A DNA stretch of 64,000 nucleotides, from positions 26,040,001-26,104,000 of the forward strand of contig OZ231126.1 in assembly GCA_965153355.1 (NCBI GenBank), in the 5' to 3' direction. Origin of the DNA: Flaccisagitta enflata (Eukaryota). Position numbers and translations under genes: made by a program. Position 1 is the stretch's first letter; every line of letters starts with the position of its first letter. A model generated the notes under the pieces. The model ran no database searches, was not told the origin of the DNA, and saw nothing but the letters and a program-made list of their open reading frames with translations. Positions 47,241 to 60,750 of this stretch are shown one piece after another.

Positions 47241-49050
47241 TTTCTATAACAACCTCCCATAACGCCCAAACTATGACATACAATGTGAAAACAATCTCTG
47301 TTCCAATCCCAGCGTGGGCTAAATTCCCAGCCCAGGCTTGGGTGTCGCCTGGCCTCAAATCCCAACCTTGCGGGTCTTATCTCCTCCAGACCAGTGGGTT
47401 GAAAACTAACTGTCTAACTATGCACAAGACACTTTTTCAAAGACAGATCAGCTCAAATCCTGGACAACCTCTTATAGAGTTGCGTGTCCGCAACTAAGCT
47501 CTTCACATTTAAACAAGGCCGGATGCACGGCTGTCCAAGAGAGTCGCGTGTGGGTGGGCAGGGCCATATTTGAAATCACTGAGCCTGGGGCAAAACGGTG
47601 AGGTCAAAGAAATAATCATAAAAAAGTAAAAACGACCATGCGACCAACAAAAGAGGTAGGCGGACAAAAGCGGGTTGCCAGTCGTCTGCCACCCAACAAA
47701 AATATGATGGACCAATGCAATGGGTGGGACCCGGCAGACGGACCGACACAGCTGAGCCGTCACGATAACTCAGTCATCAGGATACACCATGGTCAGCATT
47801 TGCTGCCTGGGGTGATTAGCTGAAGAAGTGGAGTGTGAGAGCAGGCAGCGGCGCCGGGCCGATGGTCGCAGCAAGTTTTGAGGGGTGAACAGGTACGTCT
47901 GTCTGGCATATCATTCCCAGCACGTAAGAAGGTGAGGTCTGAGAGAGCTGGATTTGGGCCAAGGATGAATTTTGTGAGGCCCCAAGAGGAAGCTGGTTGA
48001 GAGCCCAGGGGCTGGTTGAGCTAGAGAGGCTGGTTTGAGAGCCTGAGCTGTATTTGAGCCTGAGCGAGATTTGAGGCCTGAGAAACGATTTGAGACCTGA
48101 GAGGCAGATTTGAGGCCTGAGAGGCCGGGGTGAAGCCTGGCTGAGGAGGGACATGCGTGCATGCATCACACAGCCAATGTCAGACGGACGTAACGGTTCA
48201 CCCCTGTGTCCTACAGGACATCGGCCCTTTGGGGCCGCTGCCCAAAAAGGATGTATCTTAAAAACAAAAGGGCCCTTCATTTTCCCAGTTGCTTACATTC
48301 CTGCAACACTCGCCCATCATTGTTTCGAAAGATAATGCAAATGTAAACAGTGCTCTTATCCCACCCCCAATGCAGAGCCATCTGCCCCACTTAGGCCACC
48401 GTGTTATCCACAAAGCCCTCTGATGTCCTCCCTTTAACTTATAATGTGGCGGACGCCATTAAATCTTCTCCTGCCCCTGGTCCCGACCTGGGCCGAACGC
48501 CCCCTACCGTACTGTAGCACCTCTTTTTACAATCAGCCTATTCCATCGGAGAATGAAAACAAGACATCATTTGAAAGATATACGGAACCGTGCTTTTGTT
48601 TTTCAAGGGTCCTCTTGTTCAGATATACATAGCTTTGTATATTATGCAATAAAAGCATAGATGAGTCAAGAATTGTCCCTGAGCGTTTGGAATGCAAAAG
48701 CCGACCAAGAAAATTTGGCGATCTTGCGTAAGTCGATTTGAACCTTCCCTTTTAATCGGAATTTTACGCAAGGGTGAAGCTTTAATTCGAGCAAATTCGG
48801 GTTGTGATAAATAAAATCAAACCCTAACCTAGCCGTAAGGCTAATCCTGACCCTAAAAACATCCACAACACTATCCCTACACCCATCGGGTACCCCTAAA
48901 TAACGATTCGCTTAAAAATTTTTAAAAACAAAAGACCTCATCGTTTCAAGCATTTATACCGAAAATTTGGCCCATTGGAACATTACCATATTTACTATCC
49001 AACTCCTTTCCCGTCGGCCGTCCGACTGTCTTTTGAGACAACCCTGCCCC

Positions 49051-49915
49051 TTGGGTGCTTCACATAGCAAAAGTTGGGAATATCCCTTCACCCCACTTAG
49101 ATAATGTGGAGGAGCAAAAAGCATGAAGATGACTATTTTCCTTTTTTAGTTGCGTGCTCTACAACCCGCTTTGTCGGTCCGTCGGTCCGTCTATCCGTCG
49201 GTCCGTCCATCACGCTTTACTTTTTTGTACCATAACGTCAACTCTTAGGTCATTTTAAGTCATTTATAGTTAATCTAAGTCATCTAGAGTCATTGTAAGT
49301 CATTTTAAGTCATTTTAAGTCATTGTAAGTCATTGTAAGTTAAATTTAATTCATTTTTGGTCATTAGGTGTTTTAGTCATTTCAAGTCAATTTTGGTCAT
49401 TTTAGGTCATTTAAAGTCATTGAAAGTCATTTTAAGTCATTCTAAGTCATTCTTTGTCTGTAAATCTCGCACGCGACTTATAGGTGTTAGCCTTGTTCAA
49501 AATTAGATCATCTTCTGTTTTTGTTTTGGCCTTAAAGTTTCCACTGATTTCCCAGAATTTAGCAAAATCCTGTGTAGTTTTGTTACAGAAAGGATAATTA
49601 TTTGTTTTAAAAAATCATGATGTATGAAAAAATAAACTAAAATATCAGAACATAAGTTATGAAAAAGCAAATGAAAAGGCAAAATTGTAATTCTGTGAAG
49701 AGTAGAAAATTATGAAAACTGATTCGAATAATGTCAGCATATTGTTTTATCTCACTGCATTATGCAAATTAGGTCCTCAAAAACAATTTTCTAAAAAACG
49801 GAAGATGAATGATGTTTGATAAAACAAAAATGGTAAGGGTCCTAAAATTGGTCACTCCACATTAGGTAAAGAGGGCGAAAAGAAATAACCAACTTTTTCT
49901 ATGTGAAGCACCCAA
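49051..49915. mobile_element. Mutator-like MITE (9-bp TSD) with a nested HINE at ~49143-49497
   Basis: TIRs ttgggtgcttcacatag / ctatgtgaagcacccaa; TSD ccctgcccc at 49042-49050 and 49916-49924; nested element has an agtcatttta array and ends cacgcgacttataggtgttagccttgtt like 6079-7501. Confidence 0.8.
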
Positions 49916-50392
49916 CCCTGCCCCGTATTTCTTTCACTTTTAAAGCATCAGGGTAGTTGCAGCAGTTGGATGCTAGGAGCTAGGAATATCTTTTCACCCT
50001 ATTTACTCTTATCCTTGTTAATGATTATCATTTTTTTAGCAAGTCTTTAACATTCTTGAATTCTTAAGCCAAAATGTTCTGAAAACATTCTCAATTTAGT
50101 TTGAGCAAATACGTATATGATATGATATAGAAAGTTTTGTACATTATCAATTATATTGAAATAGGCATTGAAGTACAAAGTAAACCTATTATTTATTACA
50201 AAATAGAATTGTATATCATAAAAATACTCTAATATCAACAGGTTTTTAGAAAAATGATATATTGGTATCTTAAAAAGGGTTTTCGCATTGGAAAAATTAT
50301 CAAAATATTACATAGGAATATTTGGATATCATCTAGATAATATGCCCAATGCGAAAACTCTTAAAATATATAAAAAAAATCTCAACAGTACT

Positions 50393-51239
50393 TGGGTCCA
50401 CGACGAAGGGGGGTTAAAGATCACCAATTCTATAAGATCGCTATCACCAAAAGATCGCTAACCCTGTAAGTTTGCTAAAACTATAAGTCTTACATCTAGA
50501 GTCTCCATACAAAGTTTCATGAAAATCCATTGAAAAATGGCAAAGTTATGCATGTTTTTCACTTTTAGGCTTGTAGGGTGGTTAGGTGGTAAGCTGGTTT
50601 GGATGAATAGTGTGCATATGTTGAGTTTTTCCATTTAGAGACTCCATACCAAATTTCGACCAAATTGGTTGACAGATGCCAAAGTTATGCATGTTTTTTC
50701 ACTTTTAGGCTGATAAGCTGGTTGGGTGGTAGGCTGGTTTGACAGGATAAATATTGTGCATATGTTGAGTTCTTCCATTCCCAGAACTCCCTTTTCCAAG
50801 TTCATAGAAATTGGTTGGCATATGCAAGATTATACAAAGATTTCACTTACCAGCTGGTAAGCTGGTGTGTGAAGTAGATCAGTTATTCAGCATGCTCAAA
50901 TGCATATAAATCACATACATATGTTGAGTCCTTCCATTTAGAGACTCCTTACCAAATTTCAACCAAATTAGTTGAAAAATGCCTAAGTTATGCATGTTAT
51001 TCACTTTTAGGCCAGTAGGCTGGTTGGGCCAGTTGGGTTGGTCGGATCACAAAAATCAGATAGGATGTAAAGCGCCTTACCCTACTACAACTTCCCACAA
51101 AATATGAACCAAATCGGTCAATGCATAAAAAAGTTATCCATTTTTTAAAATCCCTAACGACAACAACAACAACGACAACGACACCCACCCGCCTTGAATT
51201 ATAGTCCGCGTCAGAATGATATTCCGTCGTGGACAAAAA
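50393..51239. mobile_element. Non-autonomous element with short inverted ends and four ~140-160-bp internal tandem units
   Basis: gtccacgacg (50396) / cgtcgtggac (51225); units begin near 50499, 50638, 50782 and 50941; (ACA)n-like run near the end. Confidence 0.55.
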
Positions 51240-51407
51240 TTCAGTTCAATCTTCAAAAATGAAATTTTAACAATTCATTTTCATTTATGTCACTCAGTAC
51301 AATGTTTTGTTTTTTAACAATACAAAATTATTTTCAAAATAAGTAAAGCATTCCAATGTTCTTTACATATTCTTAAATTTGTAAAGATTTTAAGCCTAAC
51401 ATTCTTA

Positions 51408-51814
51408 TACACACGGACACAAAATACAAGGTGTGGAGGCGCAAAAGTTTTAGCATACCCCCCTACAGCTAATTCAACTGCATCAATTATTGAGCTCTAA
51501 GTTGTTTTAAGTACCTATGGGGTACATAAATGGCGTCATCAGAGCGTTTTTTGAAATTCTGTCTTGAACCTTCAAATTTACCCTTTTTGCCTCTAAAAAT
51601 ACTGCCCTGCCAAAAGCTGAAAAAAGGATAGAGAAGGGCAAATTATGGGAGTTCTAGTTAAAAATTCAGAAATCGCTCTGATGACGCCATTTATATTCCC
51701 CATAGGTATTCAAAGGAACTTTAAATAAAAGATTTGAACAAGCTGAATTATCAGAAGGGGGGTATGCTAAAACTTTTGGCGCCTCCACACCTTGTATTTT
51801 GTGTCCATGTGTTA
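51408..51814. mobile_element. Palindromic MITE related to 12787-13041
   Basis: acacggacacaaaatacaaggtgtggaggcgc...ttttagcataccccc is inverted at 51757-51812. Confidence 0.7.
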
Positions 51815-53761
51815 ACCTTGTTGTTATAAAAAAAGAAATTATATTTAGGCATAAAAGTAAAGATAGTTTTTTATAGTTTTTTTTAAGTTTTTAAAAAATT
51901 ATTTTATCTCTTTTTATTCCATTAAAGTACTTAAAAAATCACAAAGATCTTAAATTACTATCTTAAAAAAAGTTTGTCGGTGCATTAAGAAATCGCAATT
52001 AGGATGACTAAAAAAATATAATCTAAATACCAAAAACATGATTGATACATTAAACATCATATGACAGTTTGCTATGACTGAAAAAACTTTGACAAAGCCA
52101 TAGAAGGCATCAGGTCTTCACAATTTTCAGACTTATGTTTTCAAGCATGCCATTAATGTTTATCTAGTCTTACACCTGTGTAACTTATGCACTTTTATGA
52201 GCAAGCCAACAAGTATATCTGTCTAAAGTCGGGGTTGTACTGCTATTTACATGCAAGCTTTGGACTTCAAAAAAAAGAAAAAATTACCATATTTTTGCTA
52301 TTTACTTGTTGAAGTGATTTTCTTTTTGCTCTCATTTTTAAATGGTTTGAGCTATGTAATTGGGGTTGGTGGCATTTAAAAGAAAATTCTATGTAATTTT
52401 AGAATCTCACTAATTTTAATAAGATTGGTGCAATTTTAAAGCAGTTATATACAGTTAAGCACGCTGACAAACTTATTTCCCAAGTAGTATTTTGATGACA
52501 ACTTATTTTTCTTGAAAATCATAATATTTAAAAAAATAAGTTTAAACTATTCCAAAGTCAATTGAATTTATAGATTAATAATTCAAAAAAATCTATATTT
52601 TAAGATGACTCACTCCATATAAAAAAGTAGGCCAATAAGGCGCCACGTGTGGATCGACGAACAAATGCATTACCCAACCGACCAACCAACCAACCGACAA
52701 ACGGACACAACCAGTTATAGGGGTACTTTGTCGCACCTAAATATCCCAGCTTTTGCTATGTGAAGCACTCAATTGCAGCAATAAGGTAAAATGGCAAATT
52801 TGCTAGGATTATTCTATCAGATTCAAGCTAATTTGATATCTATTCTAAAAAATAAGAACTGTCATCACGTCAACAGATACCTGCGTAATTCCTGGCTAAA
52901 GGGATAACCAATCATTAAGCTATATGAAGGAACATTTAGTAATATCAAGACAAACAGGGCAACATGCAAAAGTTGTACTCAGTTTGTAAATACAATTCAA
53001 AATACTAATACACACAGTTACATAATTACACAGATAACTAAACAATTACACAATGAAGACTAAACGACCAACCAATGTAAAATGGAATACTGCTTGACCT
53101 CAAAACCTTAAAGTTAATTGAAAAAATATTATGGTCGCAAAGCATCAGATGGTCAGTGGTACCCCTGCCCTTCCAGAGTAGGTTATGATTAAAGTTAAAA
53201 AGGAGCAAGGCAGCGGTTCTAAAGGGGTTGATGACCTATGTTCTCACACAAACAGTGGACTACCACCTTAATGGACAACTATCTAACAAGTAGCCGCATT
53301 TAAATTGCAACACACTCAGGACCTGAATTTTTCAAGCTCTTCTGCTGCTGAAAAACCTTTCTTAAGAAATCTCTATTTAAGGGATGATAAGATTTGAAAG
53401 ACCAATTTTGGAAAAAAAATCCTTTAAATCAAAGCTGGGATTTGAGTCTCGAGGCTTAGATTTGGCCCATAAGGCTGGGAATTGGGCTTCAAGGCTGGGA
53501 TTTGGGCCACTTTGCTAGATTAAAGTTTCAGGGGGGAGAGGACTCGCAAAGATAAAATAATACGTGTGAAAGCATAGGTCATCAACCTCTAAGGCCGCTG
53601 CCTAAAAACAATGAAAAAAAAGTATTTCACAAACATTTCTCACGGACAAACCAAGGGATGGACTGACAAACTCAGGTGTACCATCGCATGCACGCGACTG
53701 AGAAGGATGAAAAGACCATTTGCGACACTCATATAAATTATAATGGATGTGAACTGTACGT

Positions 53762-54064
53762 GTGTCAGGGTGCCAAGAACGGTTGAAACTGGCTTTTCCC
53801 CGCCATCATTGTTTTCTTTTGCAAAAGTTCTGTCAAACAAGCCATCGCGCGACCTTCAATTTGAATTTTGTATTGAATTAGCATTAGAATCAATATTTTT
53901 AATATGCAAATTTTGCCTCTGCCATATGAAAACTTCATGGTCACCCTAACAATAGTTCCTGATCGATTTGAAAATCGCGCGATGGCTCATTTGATAGCAT
54001 TTAAGCAAAGGAAACAGATGATGGCGGGGGGAAAGCCAATTTCAGCCGATTCCGGCACTCTGAC
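53762..54064. mobile_element. MITE with ~45-bp imperfect TIRs
   Basis: tgtcagggtgcc...ttccccgccatcat / atgatggcgggggg...ggcactctgaca; no TSD recognised. Confidence 0.55.
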
Positions 54065-54101
54065 AGGGGCCAATATATAAAGCCGAGTTTGCTATTTGTT
54101 G

Positions 54102-54691
54102 TAACAGGGTGTGCAAAAAATTTGGTATTTACATATAATTACAAAAACCATATTCTGGTTAGCACAGTAAGGCAAAATTGGAAATATAGTCTCTTTATTA
54201 GTTCTACTGAATATTTAAATGCACAGGGTTTGTGTTAAACTGCCCTGGTTTGCAAAAAAGCGAATTATGCTGATGGCACACTTCTCAATTTCATAGGATT
54301 TTTACTAGCAAAAAATAATCTAAAACAGCAATCAGTTAAAGCCAAAAATACTTTGACTTTTAGTATCATAATGAGGTAAATGAAGACTGCTATACAATAA
54401 TCATTCTGCCAAAAAATTTTGGTCTCAGCACTTTAAAAAACCTTCAAAATCAATCAAGAATGCATCATCATTTTCTGGTTTTCTATTAATACCAATATTC
54501 TAAGGCCATTGTCAATGTATCATTCCTGCCCTCCATCAATCTCATTTACAGTTTTTTGCTGCCTTTTCCCTTAAGAACATTTAAAAAAAGTTAACTAACA
54601 ACATCAATCCTAATTTTGATGACAAATTATATATAAACAATGAAAAAAATGTTTTTAGGCATTGGTACCAAATTTTTTGCACACCCTGTTA
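54102..54691. mobile_element. MITE with 26-bp perfect TIRs
   Basis: taacagggtgtgcaaaaaatttggta / taccaaattttttgcacaccctgtta. Confidence 0.75.
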
Positions 54692-55318
54692 GGCAAATTT
54701 CCGTTACTCTTGGGTTATAGCAGGATGTCGGTTTGGTGAATGCGCTTCTGCTAGGTGCTAGTTTCCAGGAGTTTGTTGACTGCTTATTCATGAAATGAAA
54801 AGGCGAAGGCAGTTTCGGCAAACTTTGCCCTAGCAAAGCGAAAATTTTGCATGTTGCGTGGCAAATTTTTGGCGGTGAGAACATTCTTGAGAATCTCGAC
54901 GTTGTGAAGATATTCACTTTTACTTTCATCACACGTCTTCCATCACTTTCCTTCCTTTTAAAGACACCTCTTTCCGTCTTTGTCTGGACTAGCGCGCTGA
55001 TTAGATCCCGGAAGATTTCCCTGTTGATCTCATTGGCGCGGCGTGAGGACCACTTTGAGCTTTGTTGAAGCCCTCATGCACTCGAGATTGTTCCATCTTG
55101 ATTACTTCCATATAGTGATAGCGTGATACCCTTGGAGATAGCCTGAGATGACAAAATTGAGACATCATTACTGGAAAGCAAAATGGAGATTAAAGAGACT
55201 AGTTAGAATGAGCACATTTGACTGCAGTCGGGATAAGTTTGAGAACAAAATTTGAGTACAGGTTTGGATGGATATTTAAATGCTGTACTTCACCCTACCC
55301 TACAGCCTAAACCATTCA

Positions 55319-55905
55319 TAGTAGAGACAAGAAATTTGGGATAGACAGTCATCGGGGGAGCACTTTTGGGGCCATTAGAGGGTTTTTCCATTTTCGGCTC
55401 CTGAGCCGAGATATGGGGATGGGGTAGCTCCTGAGGTGAGGGTTGAAAAATTTCAATTTTTTTTTCAATTTTTCATTTGTATTAGTTAATTCTAGTTCAA
55501 ACCATTACAAATATACACAAATTATTGAATTATTCTTGAAATTTGAAGAGTTATGCACTTTTGAACATTAAAACGAAGCATTTTGAAAGTAATAAATACT
55601 TGTAAAATCACATAGAATCAGTATTTTATGAATTTTTCAGTTTTTAGATGCGGACACGCAACTCTATAGGAGGTTTTGTCCATCCATTGATCCATCCGTC
55701 TGTTGGTCCGTGCGTCCGTGGTGATCGAGTTGGAAAGTGTGAAAACATCCAAAATTTGAAGACAAAAAATTCAGATTTTTAACCCTTACCGTTACCCCGC
55801 CCCACCCCAATATCTCGGCTCAAAGGCCGAAATTGGAAAAACCCTCCGATGGCCCCAAAAGTATTCCCCCAATGACTTTCCATACCAAATTTCAAGTCTC
55901 TACTA
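55319..55905. mobile_element. MITE with ~100-bp imperfect TIRs, containing a HINE fragment
   Basis: tagtagagacaagaaatttgg...gagccgagatat is inverted at atatctcggctc...caagtctctacta. Confidence 0.65.
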
Positions 55906-56251
55906 AACACTTTCTTTCTAGTCACGTGTACGCAACTAAAACCCACTTTGTCCGTCAGTCGGTTTGTTGGTTGGTCACGTTTTACTTTTTTTAATGATTT
56001 TTATTTTTTTGACCCCACTGCTCCTGCCCAAATGACCTCAAATATGGCTCCTACCCACCCGCACGCGACTTCGGTAGCCGTGTATCCAGGTTTAAGTCGC
56101 GTGCTACGCGACTCTGTACCCTGCTATGTCCGTCAGTCGGTTGGCTGGTCAGTCGGTCCCCTATTTACTTTTTTGGCGTTTTTTTAGCTTTTTGAGCATT
56201 CAGTTCCTGCCCAGATGCCCTAGTGACACTATCCAGCACAGCTCCTGCCCA

Positions 56252-57461
56252 CACAGAGGGCCTTACCTGGATATGGGTTGAAAAAAATCCTCAAAGGTAG
56301 TGATGCACACGAGAAGGTACATTTTATAGTACAGGATTGAAATTGACTGAAACAAATATTTTCCTTAAAAATTTTTCATATTTTGATAAAGGGTGATCAA
56401 TCTCAACTGGCAAATAGTATTAAGCTTTTACTCTTGAATGCATCATTTTACTAATCTGGAATCATTTGTCTCTTAAAGCACTATGTTTGACATTTTTTGT
56501 GTCCAAACTTCATTAATCTGAGATGAATCGTTTGCCCATAATATCAATTTGAAGTAGAACAAGTAATTTCACCTGCAGGTCAATAAATCATTTTGATTCA
56601 ACATAATTTTTCTTTTAAATGCTCCCAGTGATGCAAAAGTGGTCTCAAATGACAATGATTTAAATTATGCTTCATTTGAGAACAATCTGATATCAGAAGT
56701 TGAGTCTATTAAAAAAAAAAACAAGTAAATGAAAAATCATAGTGGCAAAAACAAAATTTATTGACCTACAAGTGTAAATACTTGTTATTCTTTAAAAAAA
56801 TACTGTGGGCAAACTATTCACCTTAGGTCTATGAAATTTGAACACAAAAAATGTCAAACATAGTTCTTCAAAAGACAACTGACTCCAAATCAGTGAGATA
56901 ATACATTTAAAAGTAAAAGCTTAATACTTTTTGCCAGTTGAGATTGATCACTCTGTATTATATATATTATATATTTTTCATATTTTGATATAAGATTTTT
57001 TATATTTTGATATAAAACTTAAAAATTTATGCGTTTTGAATTTCTGATTTAAGATTCATATTCCTGGTAGAATTTCTGATCATTTGATAGGTCACACTAT
57101 GTATTTTTATCAATAGACAAAATTTTTATTTTTTGTGCCACCGTTACGAAGAAAGCAATGGTGGCCTAAAATATGAAAATCCTATTTTTTAATGAAAGTA
57201 TGTAGTGTGACCTATCAAATGATTGGAAATTTCACCAGGACTATGAATCTTGAATCAGAATTTCGAAATGAATATATGCTTGAGATCCGTTTGTAAATAT
57301 ACAAGAAAATGTATATCAATTTTTTTATTTTTTACAAAAACCTTCAAGGGAAATTTTTCTTTAAGGTCAACCTCAATTCTCCACTACAAATTGTACCTAC
57401 TCATACAAGTCACTACTATCGGGGATTCTTTTGAACTCATATCCATTTAGGGCCCACTGTG
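56252..57461. mobile_element. Non-autonomous element with CACAG(T)G termini and 4-bp TSD (Chapaev/CMC-like), inserted in a HINE
   Basis: Ends cacagagggcc / ggcccactgtg; TSD ccca at 56248-51 and 57462-65; removal restores the HINE sequence gctcctgcccacctgcatgcgact. Confidence 0.75.
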
Positions 57462-57654
57462 CCCACCTGCATGCGACTAAGGTAGCCGTGTATCTGGCCT
57501 TGTTTTATAAGAACCAAGTTTAAAAGAACATTAGGCTTCGAATTGTCAAAAATTATTAAGAATGATTTAAAAACATTCAAGCCTAGAAACTGCTCAAAAT
57601 TTAAGAACATTGGAGGCTTGCTCAAAAAATGACATTCTTATAAAAAATAGTCGC

Positions 57655-58332
57655 AAAAGCGTTAGATGGTCAGCGGTACCCGTTGCCCCTATGTGAGTGT
57701 ATGAGGGTGTGAGGTGGTGAGAGGGGCAGCGGCCCCGGAGGAGCCGATGACCTGTGTATTTTATTTGACTGGAGAGGCTGGGTGGGGCCTTGAGGCGCTG
57801 AGATTTTGAGCTAAGGGTGGGGATTTGCAGCCTTGTAGCTGGAATTTGAGCCTTGAGGCTAGGTTTGAGCTCAAGGTTTGGGGTTTGAGCCTGGAGGCTT
57901 GGAATTTGTGCCACTCCAAGACCCAGATTTGAAGCACTCAAGGCTGTGGTTGGGCATGAGGCTGTGATTGAGCACTTGAGAGGCTGTGATTGGGCAGGAG
58001 GCTGTGATTTTGGGCATGAGGTTGGGATTGAGCCTTAGGCTGTGATTTGGGCACTTAGAGGCTGAGATTTGGGCCTTGAGGCTGAATTGGCTCAAGGCTG
58101 GGATTTGAAGCCTCAGGAGGCTGGGATTTAGGCCTCAAGGCTGGGATTAGGGCCTCCAGGCTGGGATTGCCCAGGCCTGAGGCTGGGAATTTGAGCCTTG
58201 AAGCTGGATTTTGGGCCTTGAGGCTTGGATTTGGGCCTCCCGAGAGGCTGGGATTTGGGCCATGGGCCTGGCTTGAGGCAGAGAAAGGAAGAAGGGTGTG
58301 GCATCGGCCCCTTCGGGGCCGCTGCCCAAAAA
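57655..58332 (-). mobile_element. Family C element with degenerate 20-bp array
   Basis: Same tail (gatggtcagcggtacccg) and gcagcggcccc termini as 16911-18355. Confidence 0.65.
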
Positions 58333-59799
58333 GTGTAAAATTGTTTACGCAGCAGGTGGCGCTAATTAGAACGTACCACAGGCAACATCATTCTTCAATT
58401 TTGTAAGCGCCCTGGGCGCTAATTAGAGAAATTACTGTATAGCATTTTTATAATCCATCCGAACCTGTACAAAATTTGAGTGCAAAATTCGAGGCTAGAC
58501 AACAAGCAGCACAAACTAACACTTCTGTATGTGCGCCTCGCTGATTTCCAAGGATTTCCAAGGATCAGCCGACAGAGAGAATAAATGGATGAATGGATGG
58601 ATGATATTTATATGACTGGCCAACCAAACGACCAATCTACAAGCGGACATGACCTCGCAAAACTGAGGGAGGACGCACTTAAAAAGGGGATGGACTGTAA
58701 AACAAGGCCGGATACACGGCAATCCAGTCGCGGACGGTTTGGCAGGCTGAAGCAGATCTATTATAGAGAAAAGAACAAGGCTGGATACACGGGCCAAGAC
58801 GGTGCGCCTGGCCTTAATTAATAATCCTTTGACCTATCCCAAACTCTATGCCCCTAACCCTATTCCAAGCGCTATCAGACCAATCTTAAGCTCTGTCCGA
58901 CCTATCTAAGGATCTATAAGACCTAACCACCACCGTATATGATAATGAAACAACAAGAAACAGGAATTTTCAGCAAGATGAATTAGTGATTTCAAACAAG
59001 GCCAGCAATAGAAAGAAATGTGATGGAAAGAGGCAAGCAATGGAAAGAGGCAAGCAATGGAAAGAGAGAGGGGATAGAAAGAGACAAGTCATAGAAAAAG
59101 ACAAGCCATAGAAAGAGACAAGCCATAGAAAGAGACAAGCCATAGAAAGAAGTTTCATGCCAAACTAGATATAGAAAGACAACGCCATTCTGAAAGACAG
59201 AAATACATACAGAGGTGTTTCTCATATGAAGTGAATATAAAAAAACATTTATATTCTTATTTTAAAATTAAAAAAATTCTGAAAAAAGATTCAAAGAGCA
59301 CTTAAGCTCCGATTTTTTGTGTAAAAATTTCATGGGTTTGGGATAAATATCTTGGCCCCAACATCAATTTGACGTAAAATGAGCATTTGAAGGAGAACTC
59401 TTTAAACATAATTTTGATTTTGAAAATTCTGCTTTGAAGTGCTCTCATTTTTAAACGGCTTGAGCCACTGATGCCAGATTGGTCTCAAATTAAAGAAAAT
59501 TTGATATGCTTTATTTTTTGAGGCCAATCTCTGGCATCTGCCAGCACTCCAAGCCGTTTAGAAAATAAGCATTTAAAGAACTTTTAAAAGCAAGAGTATG
59601 TTAAAAAAAAGCTTTCCTTTAAATGCTCTGCACCTACATTGATGTTATTAACTTTCAAATGTTTGACCATGAAATTAACAAATCTGGAAATATAATTCTT
59701 TCAAGAACAGTGTTCTTGAAATAGATGTGAACCTCATATGTCTGTTTTGTGAAACACCATATGAAAAAACAAACCAGTAAGAAGATAAATATAAAGAAA

Positions 59800-60750
59800 G
59801 AAGACCAAGCGATGGGAAGCAGCGTGGGGAGAGGCAGGGCGGTAGGAGGCAGGGCGGGCGGAGGCAGCGGTGGAGGCAGGGCGATGGGGGCGGCGATAGG
59901 AAGAAGGCAAGCAAATAGGAAAGAGCAAGCGATAAGAAGAGCAGAAAAACTGATAAAAGAAAGGGCAAAGCGATGAAGAGGCAAGCGATGAGGAGCAGCG
60001 ATAGAAAGGGCCAGCGAATGAGGAGAGACAAGCGACCAGGAAGGCAGCGATGGGGAGGGCAAGCGTAGGGAGACAAGCGATGAGGAACCAGCGATGAGGA
60101 GGCAAGCGATGAGAGACGGAGGCGACCAGGAAGGGCAAGCGATAGGAAGAGACAGGCGATAAGAAGAGGGCAGGCGATAGGAAGGGCGGGCGTGGGAAGG
60201 GACAGGCGATAGGAAGAAGACAGATGGGAAGGCAGGCGATGGGAAGGCAGAAGCGATAGGAAGAACCAGATGGTGAGACCAAACTGATAGGTAGAGGCAA
60301 AATGATGGTAGAACAAAAAACGATAAGTAGACATTGATAGTGAAGACAACACGATATGGTAGGGCAAACGATGGGAAGAGACAAGCGATGGTAGAGACAG
60401 ACAGAAGTATTAGGTAGAGACAAGCTTAATGGTAGGGAGCAAGTGATAGGAAGAGAGAAGCGATGAGAAGAGATGATAAACGTGGTGAGAACAGTAGGTG
60501 AGGACAAGCGATAAGTGAGGGACAAGCGATAGGCTGGGGGCAAGCGTGGTAGGGACAAGCGTGGGAAGAGACAAGCGACCAAGGAAGAGAGGGCAAGCGA
60601 ATGAAGAGACAAAAGCGTGGAAGATAAGCGATAGGAAGAGATATGATAGGAAGAAGGCAAACTATTAGGAAAGACATTATTAGGAAAAGAGACAAGCGTA
60701 GGTAGAACAACGATAGGTAGAGGGCAAGCAATGGGAAAGAAGCGAGAAGG
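59800..60750. repeat. Purine-rich degenerate minisatellite (GCAAGCGATRGGAAGAGA-like)
   Basis: Recurrent caagcgat/gcgatagg every ~18-22 bp. Confidence 0.8.
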
